Source: a bacterium
GTDB lineage: Bacteria; J088; JAWLBW01
NCBI GenBank assembly: GCA_041690355.1
Contig: JAWLHK010000001.1
Location: 1-64,000 of the forward strand
Direction of reading: 5' to 3'
DNA length: 64,000 nucleotides
Under the pieces are notes generated by a model that did not search any database, was not told where the DNA came from, and saw only the letters and a program-made list of their open reading frames with translations. The position numbers and the translations under genes are program-made. Shown here in pieces: positions 8,647 to 18,304 of this stretch (its first letter is position 1; each line of letters starts with the position of its first letter).

Positions 8647-9696
8647 ATGCCGAGCCTGCGCCGTACAATCCTCTGCCTGGGTATGATTGCAGGCTGCGCC
8701 GGAAACGCGCCGCCCCCGGAAGCGGATTCGCCCCGAGCATCGGCATCCCCCCTCACGTGTACAGTTCAGATTGATGTCGCAGACGGGCCTGGAGGCGATG
8801 GGCAATGGCTCACCCGAGGCGATGACTTCTTCGTGAAGTCGGTGGTCTTTTTCGTGAACGGCTATCCCATCGCATCGACCATTCACACGGATGCCGGAAA
8901 AGACAGGGCCTGGAACACGCCCGATGATATCGTTCGATATTCCCTCCTGACCACGCACCCTGCGACAGGACTCCTGGAGCAGTTCGCCGGGGTCGCCGAC
9001 CGTGGCGCAGATAACATCCTGGGGACCGCCGATGACCTGGTCGACGTCGTTGGCCGCTGGGACATTGATGCGAACGGACTGGTTCGTCGCGCGATGGTAT
9101 TCAAAGGCCAGCCGGGCCAAAGCGTACGAGCGGAGCCGTCGTTTCTAAACAGCATCGTTCAGTTCGGATACGAAGACGGTCTTCTCAGCAGCCGCCGCTC
9201 AATTACCTCTCCCGGCGCAGACGGGCAGTGGTTTACGCTTGACGATCAACCGGAGACCATTCAGGAGTTTGTCCGGGACGATAGCAAGCTGCTGTACACA
9301 AGCGTGATTCCACACCCGGGGGCTGAGCCGTCCCAGTACACACGGCACGCCTACGATGCGAATGGTCTTGCTTCCAGTCGCGTTCACTTCTCGCCCGGCG
9401 ACGACGGGGAGTGGTTCACAGAAGACGATGATCTTGGACCGCTCTACGTCTTCGAGAGAACGCCGGACGGCAGGCTTCGCCGCGAAACATTGACGTACGG
9501 AAGCGCCTTCAGTTCCCGCCACCTCGAGTATGACTCCGCCGGAAGGCTCTACCGGGAGACGATCTTTAAAGGCATGGGACAGGACGGCGTTCCGGGGACC
9601 GATGACGATTCGATCGGTTCGCTCACCACCTATCAGTACAGTTGCACGCAGCCGGTCTCCCTCCCGGATACCGCCTATGAACCGTTGCCGTATTGA
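8647..9696 (+). CDS. Lipoprotein with six GxDxxxxTxDD-type loops and YD-like hairpins
   Basis: MIAGC lipobox; GGDGQWLTRGDD, GKDRAWNTPDD, GADNILGTADD, GADGQWFTLDD, GDDGEWFTEDD, GQDGVPGTDDD; GAGG SD. Confidence 0.8.
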   Translation: MPSLRRTILCLGMIAGCAGNAPPPEADSPRASASPLTCTVQIDVADGPGGDGQWLTRGDDFFVKSVVFFVNGYPIASTIHTDAGKDRAWNTPDDIVRYSLLTTHPATGLLEQFAGVADRGADNILGTADDLVDVVGRWDIDANGLVRRAMVFKGQPGQSVRAEPSFLNSIVQFGYEDGLLSSRRSITSPGADGQWFTLDDQPETIQEFVRDDSKLLYTSVIPHPGAEPSQYTRHAYDANGLASSRVHFSPGDDGEWFTEDDDLGPLYVFERTPDGRLRRETLTYGSAFSSRHLEYDSAGRLYRETIFKGMGQDGVPGTDDDSIGSLTTYQYSCTQPVSLPDTAYEPLPY

Positions 9697-9739
9697 GGGA
9701 TCAGGAACGGAATCGGAAGTTACCTGGTGGCCGGCAGGC

Positions 9740-9858
9740 GATGCGATCCCTCCGGGATCGGATTCGGAGTTTCCGCGTACGAGCTAAGGGATGCGATCCC
9801 TCCGGGATCGGCGTTTACGCAGGCGAATCTTCCCCCTCTCCTTGGCAAGGAGAGGGGG
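9740..9858. repeat. REP-like palindromes between convergent genes
   Basis: GATGCGATCCCTCCGGGATCGG twice (9740, 9790), related to the GCATCCC core; CCCCCTCTCC-ttggcaa-GGAGAGGGGG hairpin. Confidence 0.75.
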
Positions 9859-9894
9859 CGCCGGCGCCTCCCGCGCCGCCGGGGGTGAGGTGCC

Positions 9895-10617
9895 CTACGT
9901 CGCCCGGCCGATCTGGTCGGTCCAGATGCCCACGTCGGGTAGAAAGCCCATGCGCTGGGCGAGGCGGCGCAGGGCGATCTCGGTCTTCGCGTCTTCGATC
10001 TCGCCGTTCACGCACATCTGGATGGCGGCGGCGAGCTCGACCCACTTCGTGCGCGCCCCTTCTTCCATCGGAGAACCATCCCCCTGCGCGAGGCGCTGCT
10101 CCGCCGGATCCACCTCAATCGCCTTGAGATAGATCTTCTCGGGCATGGGACCGGGCGAAGGGAGAATGCCCGCGCCGAGATCGATGATGGCCGGGCCGTA
10201 GACGTCGAAGCCCGCTTCTTCGCGAACTTCGGCCGCCGCGCGGCGGTTGATGGCCGCCTGGCCGCGTTCGCCCGGCTCAATCACGCCGGCGACGATCTCC
10301 CACACGGTCGGCACGTCGCGCACCTCGGGGAGCGGAAGCTCGCGCTTCGACCGCAAGAGAATCCCCGGCCGCAGCGTCTCGCGCAGCAGCACCTTGACCG
10401 TGCGCGTCTCGGCCTCGATGCAGTAGATAGCCACGGCCACGGCGTCGAGCCCCGCCCGGTCGACCACGTCGCACGAGTATTCGCGCGAGGTCGAGCCGTC
10501 GGCATACTGGTTCCGCACCGTCCACCGGTGCAGCCGCAGATACCCGTCCTGGAGCGTCGACCGCGCGGTGCGATCCTCCACCAACTCCACCTTCGTGACC
10601 GGGGGCTTTTCAGACAT
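9895..10617 (-). CDS. NUDIX hydrolase (ADP-ribose pyrophosphatase-like)
   Basis: AGVIEPGE...RAAAEVREEAG Nudix box; EDAKT C-terminal motif. Confidence 0.9.
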   Translation of the reverse strand: MSEKPPVTKVELVEDRTARSTLQDGYLRLHRWTVRNQYADGSTSREYSCDVVDRAGLDAVAVAIYCIEAETRTVKVLLRETLRPGILLRSKRELPLPEVRDVPTVWEIVAGVIEPGERGQAAINRRAAAEVREEAGFDVYGPAIIDLGAGILPSPGPMPEKIYLKAIEVDPAEQRLAQGDGSPMEEGARTKWVELAAAIQMCVNGEIEDAKTEIALRRLAQRMGFLPDVGIWTDQIGRAT

Positions 10618-10627
10618 GCGAGAGGGC

Positions 10628-10733
10628 GATTCCTGATTCCTGATTCTTGATTCCTGAGCCGGCAAGAACTCGAAGCACAGATGTGCGAGGCCCTTGTCTC
10701 ACCGACGTCTGACGTCCGACGTCCGACGTCCGA
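10628..10733. repeat. Two heptamer tandem arrays (GATTCCT x4; CCGACGT x4)
   Basis: Read directly at 10628-10657 and 10702-10733. Confidence 0.85.
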
Positions 10734-12077
10734 TCAGAGCCGCTTCGCCGCTTCGACCCGCTCCCACATCTGCAGATACCGCTCGGCGCTGTCATACAAC
10801 GGCTGCACGTTCACGCCGCGGCTCCGCATCCATTCTATCGTGGCCGGCAGAGAGCTCGCATCCGCCATGCCGTTCTTTTCGAAGGCCGTCGTCCCCTCCG
10901 TTTCCGCATGACATCCTTCGGGGCCGTGGGTCGGCTTCAGGTGGCCGATGCCGCCATTGAAGTCCGAGGCCATCGCGATCGGCATGTCGCCCGCCCGCTG
11001 CACCGCTTCCGCATAAATCGCAGCATAGGTCTCGACGGTGCCCGGGCAGAGGCCGGGGAAGCGATCCATCCGCTCGGGAGAATGGGCCGTGGGCACCAGA
11101 CCGAGCAGCCCCTTGCGCGACCGCAAGATGCCGAACGCCTCGTCATCCACCCCGCGCTCGGAGTAGGTCGTCGTGTCGAGGTCGGGCATGTGGCTGTTGA
11201 AGAATGGAAGTCCCTCGAGCTCGGGCATGGCGTGCAGATCGCGCAGCGACTGGCGCGAGAGGTGCGAGATGTCGATCAGGATGCCGTAGTCTTTCAGCGT
11301 CCGCATGAACTCCTTGCCGGTGGGCGTGAGCCCCTTACGGTTCTCGCGGCGTCCGTTCACGCGGTAGGAATTGCCGAAGCCGGGCGGATTCAGAAAGAAG
11401 CGGTTGCCCGCCTGCAGGTCGGCCGCGCCGATCCACGAGTCGTACAGGTGCACCGGATTCGTGGCGCGCACCCCCGCGCGGTAGAGATACGCGATGTCCT
11501 GCTCGCTGCGCATGACCCACTCGGCCCCTTCGAGGTGCAGTACAAGCGCCATCTTGCCGGCGGCGATCGCGCGGCGCGCCTGCTCGGCCGTCGTGGCGAT
11601 CGTGAACATGTCGGGATAGCGACGCACCAGCTCGTGCGTCTGGCGGATCTCTTCGTCGATGGCCTCGTAGGCATCTCCCGGCCAGATGGCGAAGACGTTC
11701 GTGTAGAGGCTGACGACGACGAGTCCGTACCCGCTCTTCCGCATCGCCTCGACGCCCATCTTCTCGGAGAAGCGGTCGCTCCAGCGCGGTTCGTGCTCGA
11801 GGTCCCATGGCTTCCCCTTGAAGAAGCGCCCCATGCCCGGCCCCATGCTCAGGTGCGCGTGGGTGTCCATGAGCACGTTCACGGGGCGCAGCGGCTCGCC
11901 CGAACAATCGTTCGCGGCGCACCAGGCGGCATTCTGTTCCGCGATGGTCGGCGTCCGGACCTCCGGCGTGCGTTCCTCCGACCGGCGGAAGGGGTTCGTG
12001 GCGACCTCGGCCGCCATATGAATGCACGCGGTAAGCGCGCATGCGATCAGAAGCAGAACAGGGACTTTACGAATCAT
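10734..12077 (-). CDS. Membrane dipeptidase (peptidase M19-like) lipoprotein
   Basis: MDTHAH, LHLEGA, GLTPTGKEFM, IDISHLS, NSH, ASDFNG motifs; LTAC lipobox. Confidence 0.85.
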   Translation of the reverse strand: MIRKVPVLLLIACALTACIHMAAEVATNPFRRSEERTPEVRTPTIAEQNAAWCAANDCSGEPLRPVNVLMDTHAHLSMGPGMGRFFKGKPWDLEHEPRWSDRFSEKMGVEAMRKSGYGLVVVSLYTNVFAIWPGDAYEAIDEEIRQTHELVRRYPDMFTIATTAEQARRAIAAGKMALVLHLEGAEWVMRSEQDIAYLYRAGVRATNPVHLYDSWIGAADLQAGNRFFLNPPGFGNSYRVNGRRENRKGLTPTGKEFMRTLKDYGILIDISHLSRQSLRDLHAMPELEGLPFFNSHMPDLDTTTYSERGVDDEAFGILRSRKGLLGLVPTAHSPERMDRFPGLCPGTVETYAAIYAEAVQRAGDMPIAMASDFNGGIGHLKPTHGPEGCHAETEGTTAFEKNGMADASSLPATIEWMRSRGVNVQPLYDSAERYLQMWERVEAAKRL

Positions 12078-12104
12078 GATTTTTTTCTCGTCGCCCTTGC
12101 CTGG

Positions 12105-12132
12105 TTGACCATTGACCATTGATCATTGGTCA
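12105..12132. repeat. Heptamer tandem array TTGACCA x4 (degenerate)
   Basis: TTGACCA TTGACCA TTGATCA TTGGTCA. Confidence 0.8.
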
Positions 12133-12147
12133 TCGCCGAAGGCAGGG

Positions 12148-13209
12148 TCACCAGCGGATGGACATTTCCTCCGCGAACCCAAACATGCGATCAATCTTCA
12201 CGACGCGCCCGTCGTCGAGCGTGACGTTGCCCGAGAAGTGGCCGTAGACCTTGTCGAGGTGCGCAGACTTCACGAGAACGTTCACGCCGAGCGTCTGCGG
12301 ATAGACCGGCACGAAATCCAATTCGAAACGGCCGTCGGGGCTCGTGAAGCGCCACGGCTTCATCCAGTCCGTCCGATCGAAGTGCCAGTCGACGATGCCG
12401 AGCTTGTGGGCGCGGCCGTCATAGACAAAGACGTTCTCGGTCGCCGCCGTCGTGTTGCCGAAGCCGTAGCCAAGATTGAAGCCGGCCGCGACGCCGTCGA
12501 TGCGCCCCGCGGCGGCCCCCCAGTGCCACGTCAGTTCCGCCGGCCAGATGCCGCGCCCCCAGTCCATGACGGCGAAGCTGTCGGTGACCGAGAACGCATA
12601 GGTGCGGCCGTCGATCTCGAGCGCGCCCTCGGCCGGCAGCACGGGAATCTTGTTCTCGTAGAAGAACCCGGCGGGATCTTCGTCGAACGGCATGGCGAAG
12701 CTCAGATATTCGTGTTCGGGCGGCTGATGGAGCACTATCGTTCCGCTCACGTCGGCGGAGATGAGGCCGCGGATGCGCACGTCGAGGATCCGCCGGTCGG
12801 GCGTGCGCTCGTAGACGATGCGATCCCCCTGCATGGCGCACTCGGTGCGCGTGTGCGTGTCCTCGGACAGCTGCAGCCAGTCATCCTTCGTGAGCGGAAA
12901 GGTGAAGCCGGTCCACGCCTCGCCCGTGCTGAAGTCGATGAGGTCGACCGAGCAGAAGCGGGCGAAGCCGATGTCGGCCAGCGTGAAGTTGGCGACGTAG
13001 CGCTCGTTGGCGACCGTGAAGAAGTCCCACTGGCGCAGCCGCTGGGGATCGAGGGCGGGCACGGCGTTGAAGCGCACGTTCTCCTGCGGGCTCCACCCGT
13101 AGGTGACGGGCAGCCCCTGTTCGTTCAGCAGGGGACCGGGCTGCAGGCGCTGTTGCGAACCATCGGCGGAAACAAGAAGCGCGGCGGCGAGCGCCAGGGA
13201 TGCAAGCAT
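12148..13209 (-). CDS. DUF2804 family protein, secreted
   Basis: RLRQWDFF, DWGRGIWP, GFNLGYGFG, ENVF, GFAEE..RW; N-terminal signal peptide. Confidence 0.85.
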   Translation of the reverse strand: MLASLALAAALLVSADGSQQRLQPGPLLNEQGLPVTYGWSPQENVRFNAVPALDPQRLRQWDFFTVANERYVANFTLADIGFARFCSVDLIDFSTGEAWTGFTFPLTKDDWLQLSEDTHTRTECAMQGDRIVYERTPDRRILDVRIRGLISADVSGTIVLHQPPEHEYLSFAMPFDEDPAGFFYENKIPVLPAEGALEIDGRTYAFSVTDSFAVMDWGRGIWPAELTWHWGAAAGRIDGVAAGFNLGYGFGNTTAATENVFVYDGRAHKLGIVDWHFDRTDWMKPWRFTSPDGRFELDFVPVYPQTLGVNVLVKSAHLDKVYGHFSGNVTLDDGRVVKIDRMFGFAEEMSIRW

Positions 13210-13268
13210 GCGGGTGGTGCGTGAGGGGTTAGGGATGTGAGAGTGTATTAAAACAGGATTCGGAGGGG

Positions 13269-13376
13269 ATTTACAATTTACGATTGACGATTGACGATTT
13301 GGGGGCACCCAGAAAAACTGGACAGCACGGTACGGAACCTCGACACTGAAAACGGAAAACGGAAACTGAAAACGGA
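13269..13376. repeat. Heptamer arrays ATT(G/T)ACG x4 and C(T/G)GAAAA x4
   Basis: Read directly at 13269-13296 and 13346-13376. Confidence 0.8.
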
Positions 13377-13404
13377 GCCCGAACCCCGATTCCCCCTGCT
13401 CGCC

Positions 13405-14103
13405 TTGGAAACCAGCATTACCATCCAGAAACGCTTCTGCGGACCCCCCGAGAGCGGAAACGGCGGCTACTCGGCCGGCATCATCGGCACCCGCATCGCC
13501 GGGCCCGCCGAGGTCACCCTGCGCAAGCCGCCGCCGCTCGATAGGCCGCTCACGCTGGAGTCCTCCGAAACGGAGGCCCGCCTGCTCGACGGCGACACCC
13601 TGATCGGCGAGGGGCGCGCGGCGCCGCTCGATCTGGAAGTTCCGCCCCCGCCGACGGCAGACCAAGCGGCCGCCGCGGGCACACACTATCGCGGCTTCGA
13701 ACTCCACCTGTTCCCCCGCTGCTTCGTCTGCGGACCCGATCGCGCCCCCGGCGACGGCCTGCGGATCTTCGCCGGCGACGCGGGTCCGCACACGGTCGCC
13801 GCCCCGTGGGTGCCCGATGCGAGCCTCGGCGACGAGCGTGGAAGCGTGCGCCCCGAGTTCCTCTGGGCGGCCCTGGATTGCCCGGGATACTTCGCGGCCA
13901 TGACCGGGGTCGACCTGGTCCCCGCCCTGCTCGGCCGCATGCACGCGGAAGTCCTCCAGGACGTGAAGGTCGGCGAGCCGCTGATTGTCGTCGGCTGGTC
14001 CCTCAGCCACGAAGGGCGCAAGCGGGTCGTGGGCACCGCCGTCTTCCGCGCGAACGGCGAGCTGTGCGCCCGGGCGAAATCCACCTGGATCGACATCGGA
14101 TAA
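13405..14103 (+). CDS. Double hotdog-fold thioesterase-like protein
   Basis: RFCGPPESGNGGY, FPRCFVCG, WAALDCPG, GRKRVVGTA; TTG start inferred. Confidence 0.85.
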   Translation: METSITIQKRFCGPPESGNGGYSAGIIGTRIAGPAEVTLRKPPPLDRPLTLESSETEARLLDGDTLIGEGRAAPLDLEVPPPPTADQAAAAGTHYRGFELHLFPRCFVCGPDRAPGDGLRIFAGDAGPHTVAAPWVPDASLGDERGSVRPEFLWAALDCPGYFAAMTGVDLVPALLGRMHAEVLQDVKVGEPLIVVGWSLSHEGRKRVVGTAVFRANGELCARAKSTWIDIG

Positions 14104-14166
14104 AGTAGCGCACCGCTTGCTGATCGGCCGCGCCGTTCGCGCTATACTGTTGCTTCGGAGGCACCC

Positions 14167-14727
14167 ATGGCGCGGGGAATCGAAAAGGCCGGCGGCGTGA
14201 CCGATGTGGCCGTGCGCGGCAAGACCGGCCGGAGCTGGGCCGAATGGTTCGCATTGCTCGACGACGCGGGCTGCGCGGGCATGGACCACAAGGGGATCGT
14301 CGCCGTGGTCGCGCAGCACGGGGCCACATCCTGGTGGCAGCAGATGATCACCGTCGCCTACGAACAGTCGCGCGGCCTGCGCAAGAAACACGAGACGACG
14401 GCGGGTTACCAGATCGGCGTCAGCCGCACCCTGAACGTTTCGCCCGAAGACGCATTTGCGTTCTGGGACAACGCCCGCAGCCGCAAGGCGTGGCTCGGCG
14501 AAATTCCGCTCGAGGTGCGCGCCGCCGTCGAGCCCAAGGTTCTGCGCGGAACCGTGGAGGAGGGGCGCGCCGTCGAAGTCCGCTTCACCGACAAGGGGAA
14601 GAAGGGGGCGGCGAAAACCCAGGTCACCGTGCAGGTCACCAAGATTGCGGGTCCGCGCGCGGCCGCGGCCGAAAAGAAGCGCTGGGGAGCGGCCCTCGAT
14701 GCGCTGCAGGAGCGCGCCTCGTCATGA
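14167..14727 (+). CDS. DUF4287-like N-terminus plus SRPBCC-like domain protein
   Basis: KTGRSWAEWFALLD, WWQQMITVAYEQ.RG; GGAGG SD with TATACT upstream. Confidence 0.75.
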   Translation: MARGIEKAGGVTDVAVRGKTGRSWAEWFALLDDAGCAGMDHKGIVAVVAQHGATSWWQQMITVAYEQSRGLRKKHETTAGYQIGVSRTLNVSPEDAFAFWDNARSRKAWLGEIPLEVRAAVEPKVLRGTVEEGRAVEVRFTDKGKKGAAKTQVTVQVTKIAGPRAAAAEKKRWGAALDALQERASS

Positions 14728-15224
14728 TCGCCCTCGCGTTGGCCGCCCTGCTTTCCGCTTCGTCCCCCGCTTCGTCCCCTGGCTCGGCCCCCGATGCGGT
14801 CACGGCCGCCGTGGAGAAGCCCGTGCCCGACCTGGGGCAGCGCCGCGCGATCGTCAAGGTCTCTTCCGAGGACATCCGCGTCTTCGGGCCCGCGCGCAAG
14901 GCCGCCGAGATCAAGCAGATGCTGCGCCTGCAGGGGAATCCCGTCAAGGCCTGCTATGCGCGCGCCCTTCAGCAGGATCCCCGTGCCTCGGGACGCGTGA
15001 CGGCCACGTTCGCCATCGAGCCCGACGGCCGCACGTCGCACGTGGAGCTGCAGGCCGAAGGGCTCGATACCACGCCGACCCCCGACTGCCTGGCGGATTT
15101 GCTGCAGCGGGTCCGCTTCCGGCCGCGCAAGGGACGCGTGGTCGTCCAGTTCCCCTTCGAGTTCGAGAGCGTCCCCCTGCGCAAGGGCCCGGCCGCTCCC
15201 GCCGAGCGGGGGATCGAGATCTGA
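14724..15224 (+). CDS. AgmX/PglI (TonB-C-like) domain secreted protein
   Basis: VKACYARALQQDPRASGRV...FAIEPDG...CL...RF...VQFPFEF; signal peptide. Confidence 0.8.
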   Translation: MIALALAALLSASSPASSPGSAPDAVTAAVEKPVPDLGQRRAIVKVSSEDIRVFGPARKAAEIKQMLRLQGNPVKACYARALQQDPRASGRVTATFAIEPDGRTSHVELQAEGLDTTPTPDCLADLLQRVRFRPRKGRVVVQFPFEFESVPLRKGPAAPAERGIEI

Positions 15225-15225
15225 G

Positions 15226-15337
15226 GGCCCCCCTGTCGTCCCCCGAAGGGGGACCCAAAAAACGGCCCTTGTTTCGTCCCCCACTCTCCCGCTCCCCCAC
15301 TCCCCCCCTCCGCGAGCGGGACGTGAGCCCACGTCAA
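15226..15337. repeat. Composite-element head followed by C-rich direct repeat copy 1
   Basis: GGCCCCCCTGTCGTCCCCCGAAGGGGGACCC as at 774/3257; 15265-15316 matches 18305-18356 at 51/52. Confidence 0.9.
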
Positions 15338-15405
15338 CTAGCCATTCAGCTATGACGGAGGCCCCCGAGCAACTGCTACGATTCCTTCTTTTGAGGAGGA
15401 ACTCC

Positions 15406-17424
15406 ATGAAATCCATTCGAACAGGCATCCTGTTGTCGTCGCTCGGGCTCGCCATCGCGGGCAGCGCCCAGGCGGCGACGATTACCGTGAACACCTTGAC
15501 CGACGACGGCGCCGGCGACTGCACGGCGACGTGCACGCTGCGTGACGCCATCGCCACGGCGACGGCAGGCGACACAATCGCCGTCGACGTCTCGGGGACC
15601 ATCATTCTCGATAGCGCCAAAGGCGAGATCGTTCTGGATAAGGACCTCACGCTGGCCGGCCGCGGCAAGGCCCTCACCTCCGTCTCGGGCAACGACCTGA
15701 TCCGCATCTTCAACGCGACGGCGGGCAGCATTGAAATCCGCGAACTCACTCTCGAGCACGGCCTGTCGAAGGGGGCCGATGCCAGTGGGCCCACCGGCGG
15801 CGCGTTCAACGGCGAAGGCGGCGCAGTCCGGATCGGCGAAAATGCGACCGTCGTCCTGAAAGACGTCACCCTGGCGAACAACAAGGCCGTCGGCGGCAAT
15901 GGCGGCAATGCCTATGAGGGTGCCGGTGGCGGTGGCGGTGGCGTCGGCGGAAACGGGGCCGGCTACGCCGGTACGCGGGGAGACGGTTCGTACGGCGGCG
16001 GCGGCGCAGGCGCATCCTTTGGCGGCCTCTCCAGCGGCGGGACCGGCGGCTTCGGCGCGGGCGGCGGCGGCGGTCAATCGTCGGGCGCCGGGGGAACGCC
16101 GGGCACGGGCGGCGGCGCGGGTGGCGGCGGCGTCGGGAACGGGTACGGCGGCGGCGGTGGTGGAGCCGGGTTCGGGGGTGCGATCTACGTCGAAGGGGCG
16201 CTCGGCCTCCTGGATGTCGACTTCATCGACAATGAGGCCCGCGGCGGCAACGGCGGCACTAATCACAACAATGCAGGCGGAGGCGGTGGCGGCGCCGGCA
16301 TGGGCAGCGCGATCTTCTCGCGAGGCGATGCCGTCACCGGCACCGTGTGCATCCTGAGAGGCGTCACGTTCGCGGGCGGCGTGGTCGCCGGCGGCTATGG
16401 GTCGACTCGTGCCGGCAGCGGTTCGGGGCTCGAGACCTCGACGGGTATGTACGAAGCCGGCAGCAGCGCCTGCCCCATGACCGCGACGGACGTCGACGCC
16501 GAGGCCGCCACGGCGCGTCAGACCGAGCAGACGATCCTGTTCTCCGCGTCGGTGATGCCGGCGGCGGTGACGGGCTACGTAACATTCCAGGTCAAGGACC
16601 CGGCCGGCAACGTCATCGGCGCCCCCGTCTCGGCGCCGACGTACGCGGGGCGAGCCTTCGCTTTCTATGCGCTCCCCGCAACGACGGCCGGTGAATACAC
16701 GATCGAGGCGACGTTCGAAAATGCCTACGGCGTCCATGCCGGCAGCTCGGCGATGGCGACCCTCACGCTCACCCCGGCACCGATTGTGTTCCGCACGTCG
16801 TTCCTCGGTATCAGCTCGACCTGCCCGGTCGGCGGCGCCCTGGTCGAATCGGGACACGACGACGGCCTGCCCACGGGCATCGAGTTTGACGGCATCCTCC
16901 AGGACGGCGAGGTCGATACGACCGAAGCCCTCTGTCCCGAAGAAGGCGAGCCGGATGCGGTCCTGAAAGTCGAAACCGTGCTCGAAGCGGGTGACGAGGC
17001 CTGTCCGCACGGCGGCACGCTGATTGAAGTGGGCGTCGACGACGGCCGCAACGGCTCGGTCGAAGGGGATGGAGAGTTGCAGGACGGTGAGATCGCCCAG
17101 TCGACGGTCGTCTGCAAGGATGCGCCCGTCGTCCTGACGCGCGAGACCGCGATCGAAGCCGGTGACGAAGCCTGCCCCCACGGGGGAACGCTGCTCGAGG
17201 CCGGCGTCGACGACGGCCGCAACGGCTCGACGGCAGGCGACGGTGTCCTGCAGGATGGCGAAGTCGGCGAATCCGCGGCGGTCTGCAATGAAGCGCCCGT
17301 CACGACGCCGGCTCCGGCAGGAGACGAAGGCGGCTGCGCCAGCAGCCCCGGCGCGCAGGGGGCCTGGCCGCTGGTCGTACTGCTGGCGCTCCTCTGGCTT
17401 CGGGCCCGGCGGCAGCAAGCGTAA
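15406..17424 (+). CDS. Gly-rich surface protein: CSLREA-like N-terminus, Ig-like domain, three CPxGG/DDG repeats, MYXO-CTERM-like tail
   Basis: ITVNTLTDD...CTLRDAI; GGGGG blocks; CPHGGTL.E.GVDDGRNGS..GDG.LQDGE repeats; GGCASSPG-hydrophobic-RARR end; GAGGAG SD. Confidence 0.85.
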   Translation: MKSIRTGILLSSLGLAIAGSAQAATITVNTLTDDGAGDCTATCTLRDAIATATAGDTIAVDVSGTIILDSAKGEIVLDKDLTLAGRGKALTSVSGNDLIRIFNATAGSIEIRELTLEHGLSKGADASGPTGGAFNGEGGAVRIGENATVVLKDVTLANNKAVGGNGGNAYEGAGGGGGGVGGNGAGYAGTRGDGSYGGGGAGASFGGLSSGGTGGFGAGGGGGQSSGAGGTPGTGGGAGGGGVGNGYGGGGGGAGFGGAIYVEGALGLLDVDFIDNEARGGNGGTNHNNAGGGGGGAGMGSAIFSRGDAVTGTVCILRGVTFAGGVVAGGYGSTRAGSGSGLETSTGMYEAGSSACPMTATDVDAEAATARQTEQTILFSASVMPAAVTGYVTFQVKDPAGNVIGAPVSAPTYAGRAFAFYALPATTAGEYTIEATFENAYGVHAGSSAMATLTLTPAPIVFRTSFLGISSTCPVGGALVESGHDDGLPTGIEFDGILQDGEVDTTEALCPEEGEPDAVLKVETVLEAGDEACPHGGTLIEVGVDDGRNGSVEGDGELQDGEIAQSTVVCKDAPVVLTRETAIEAGDEACPHGGTLLEAGVDDGRNGSTAGDGVLQDGEVGESAAVCNEAPVTTPAPAGDEGGCASSPGAQGAWPLVVLLALLWLRARRQQA

Positions 17425-17447
17425 TCGGCGACTCCCTCAGCCGACCT

Positions 17448-17479
17448 GGGCGCACCCCTCCGGGGGTGCGCCCTTTTTT
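17448..17479 (+). terminator. Intrinsic terminator
   Basis: GGGCGCACCCC-tccg-GGGGTGCGCCC followed by T6. Confidence 0.9.
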
Positions 17480-17517
17480 GTTTGGGCTGGTTTGGCGGTT
17501 TGGTAGAATAGTTCCCG

Positions 17518-18252
17518 ATGAGCGTCGAGTTACGGAGAGCCCGGCTGCTGAAGATGGTCCACGGAAGTCTCGAGGATTCGGCAAGCCCGGATGAATATCA
17601 TCGAAATCTGCTCGGCGGATTACGTTCCCTCGTCGGCTGCGACGGCGCCTTGTATCGCCCGGGAAGCAGCTGGGCCGGTTCCCGCGCATACTATCTCGAC
17701 GCCGACTCCGGGTTTACCGACGGCTACGTACACGGCGCCGCTCGGTACCGTCCCGAGGTCACGGCCTGGTGCGAGCTCACCAAGGGCGAGAAGGCCGTCA
17801 TCGACACTGAACTCTACTCGGCGTCCGAACGGCGCAAGAAGGCTCTGTACAGCGAAGTCATCCGGCCCGCCGGCATCAAGAGCATCATGGGGTGCCCGCT
17901 CACGGTCGGGAAAAAAGTCGTTGCACTGATTTTCATGTACCGAACCGGGATGGGGCGTGCCTTCCACGAAGATCAGGCCCGGTCTCTCGATCCCATTCTG
18001 AAGGGGCTCGCGCTGGCAGAGCTCGCGTTTGATCGCCGGGAATCCCAGGTTGCGGTGCGGGATACGCCGGACACGCTGCCCGACTTTCTTCATTCCGTGT
18101 TTCAGGAATTACTCACCGGGAAATCCGAGAAGCAGATCGCAGCCCTTCTCGGACTCAGCCCCCGCACCGTACACAAGTACACGGAACTCATCTACCGTTC
18201 GCTGAACATCCACAGCCGTGCCGAACTCATGGCCCGCATGCTCGCCCGCTGA
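17518..18252 (+). CDS. GAF-like sensor plus LuxR-type HTH regulator
   Basis: GKSEKQIAALLGLSPRTVHKYTELIYRSLNIHSRAEL. Confidence 0.9.
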   Translation: MSVELRRARLLKMVHGSLEDSASPDEYHRNLLGGLRSLVGCDGALYRPGSSWAGSRAYYLDADSGFTDGYVHGAARYRPEVTAWCELTKGEKAVIDTELYSASERRKKALYSEVIRPAGIKSIMGCPLTVGKKVVALIFMYRTGMGRAFHEDQARSLDPILKGLALAELAFDRRESQVAVRDTPDTLPDFLHSVFQELLTGKSEKQIAALLGLSPRTVHKYTELIYRSLNIHSRAELMARMLAR

Positions 18253-18304
18253 CCAAGACCGTCGCCGAACGGGAAAATGGATCGGGTGATGCGCCTGGCA
18301 CTTC

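Noticed and set aside
446-9696. Classical integron cassette array
   Set aside because: Genes lie on both strands, I found no RYYYAAC...GTTRRRY attC pattern after the stops I inspected, and there is no intI in the window.
12148-14391. 747-aa ORF as a single protein
   Set aside because: Only the last 353 aa are DUF2804-like; the extension is antisense to real + strand genes and crosses heptamer repeats.
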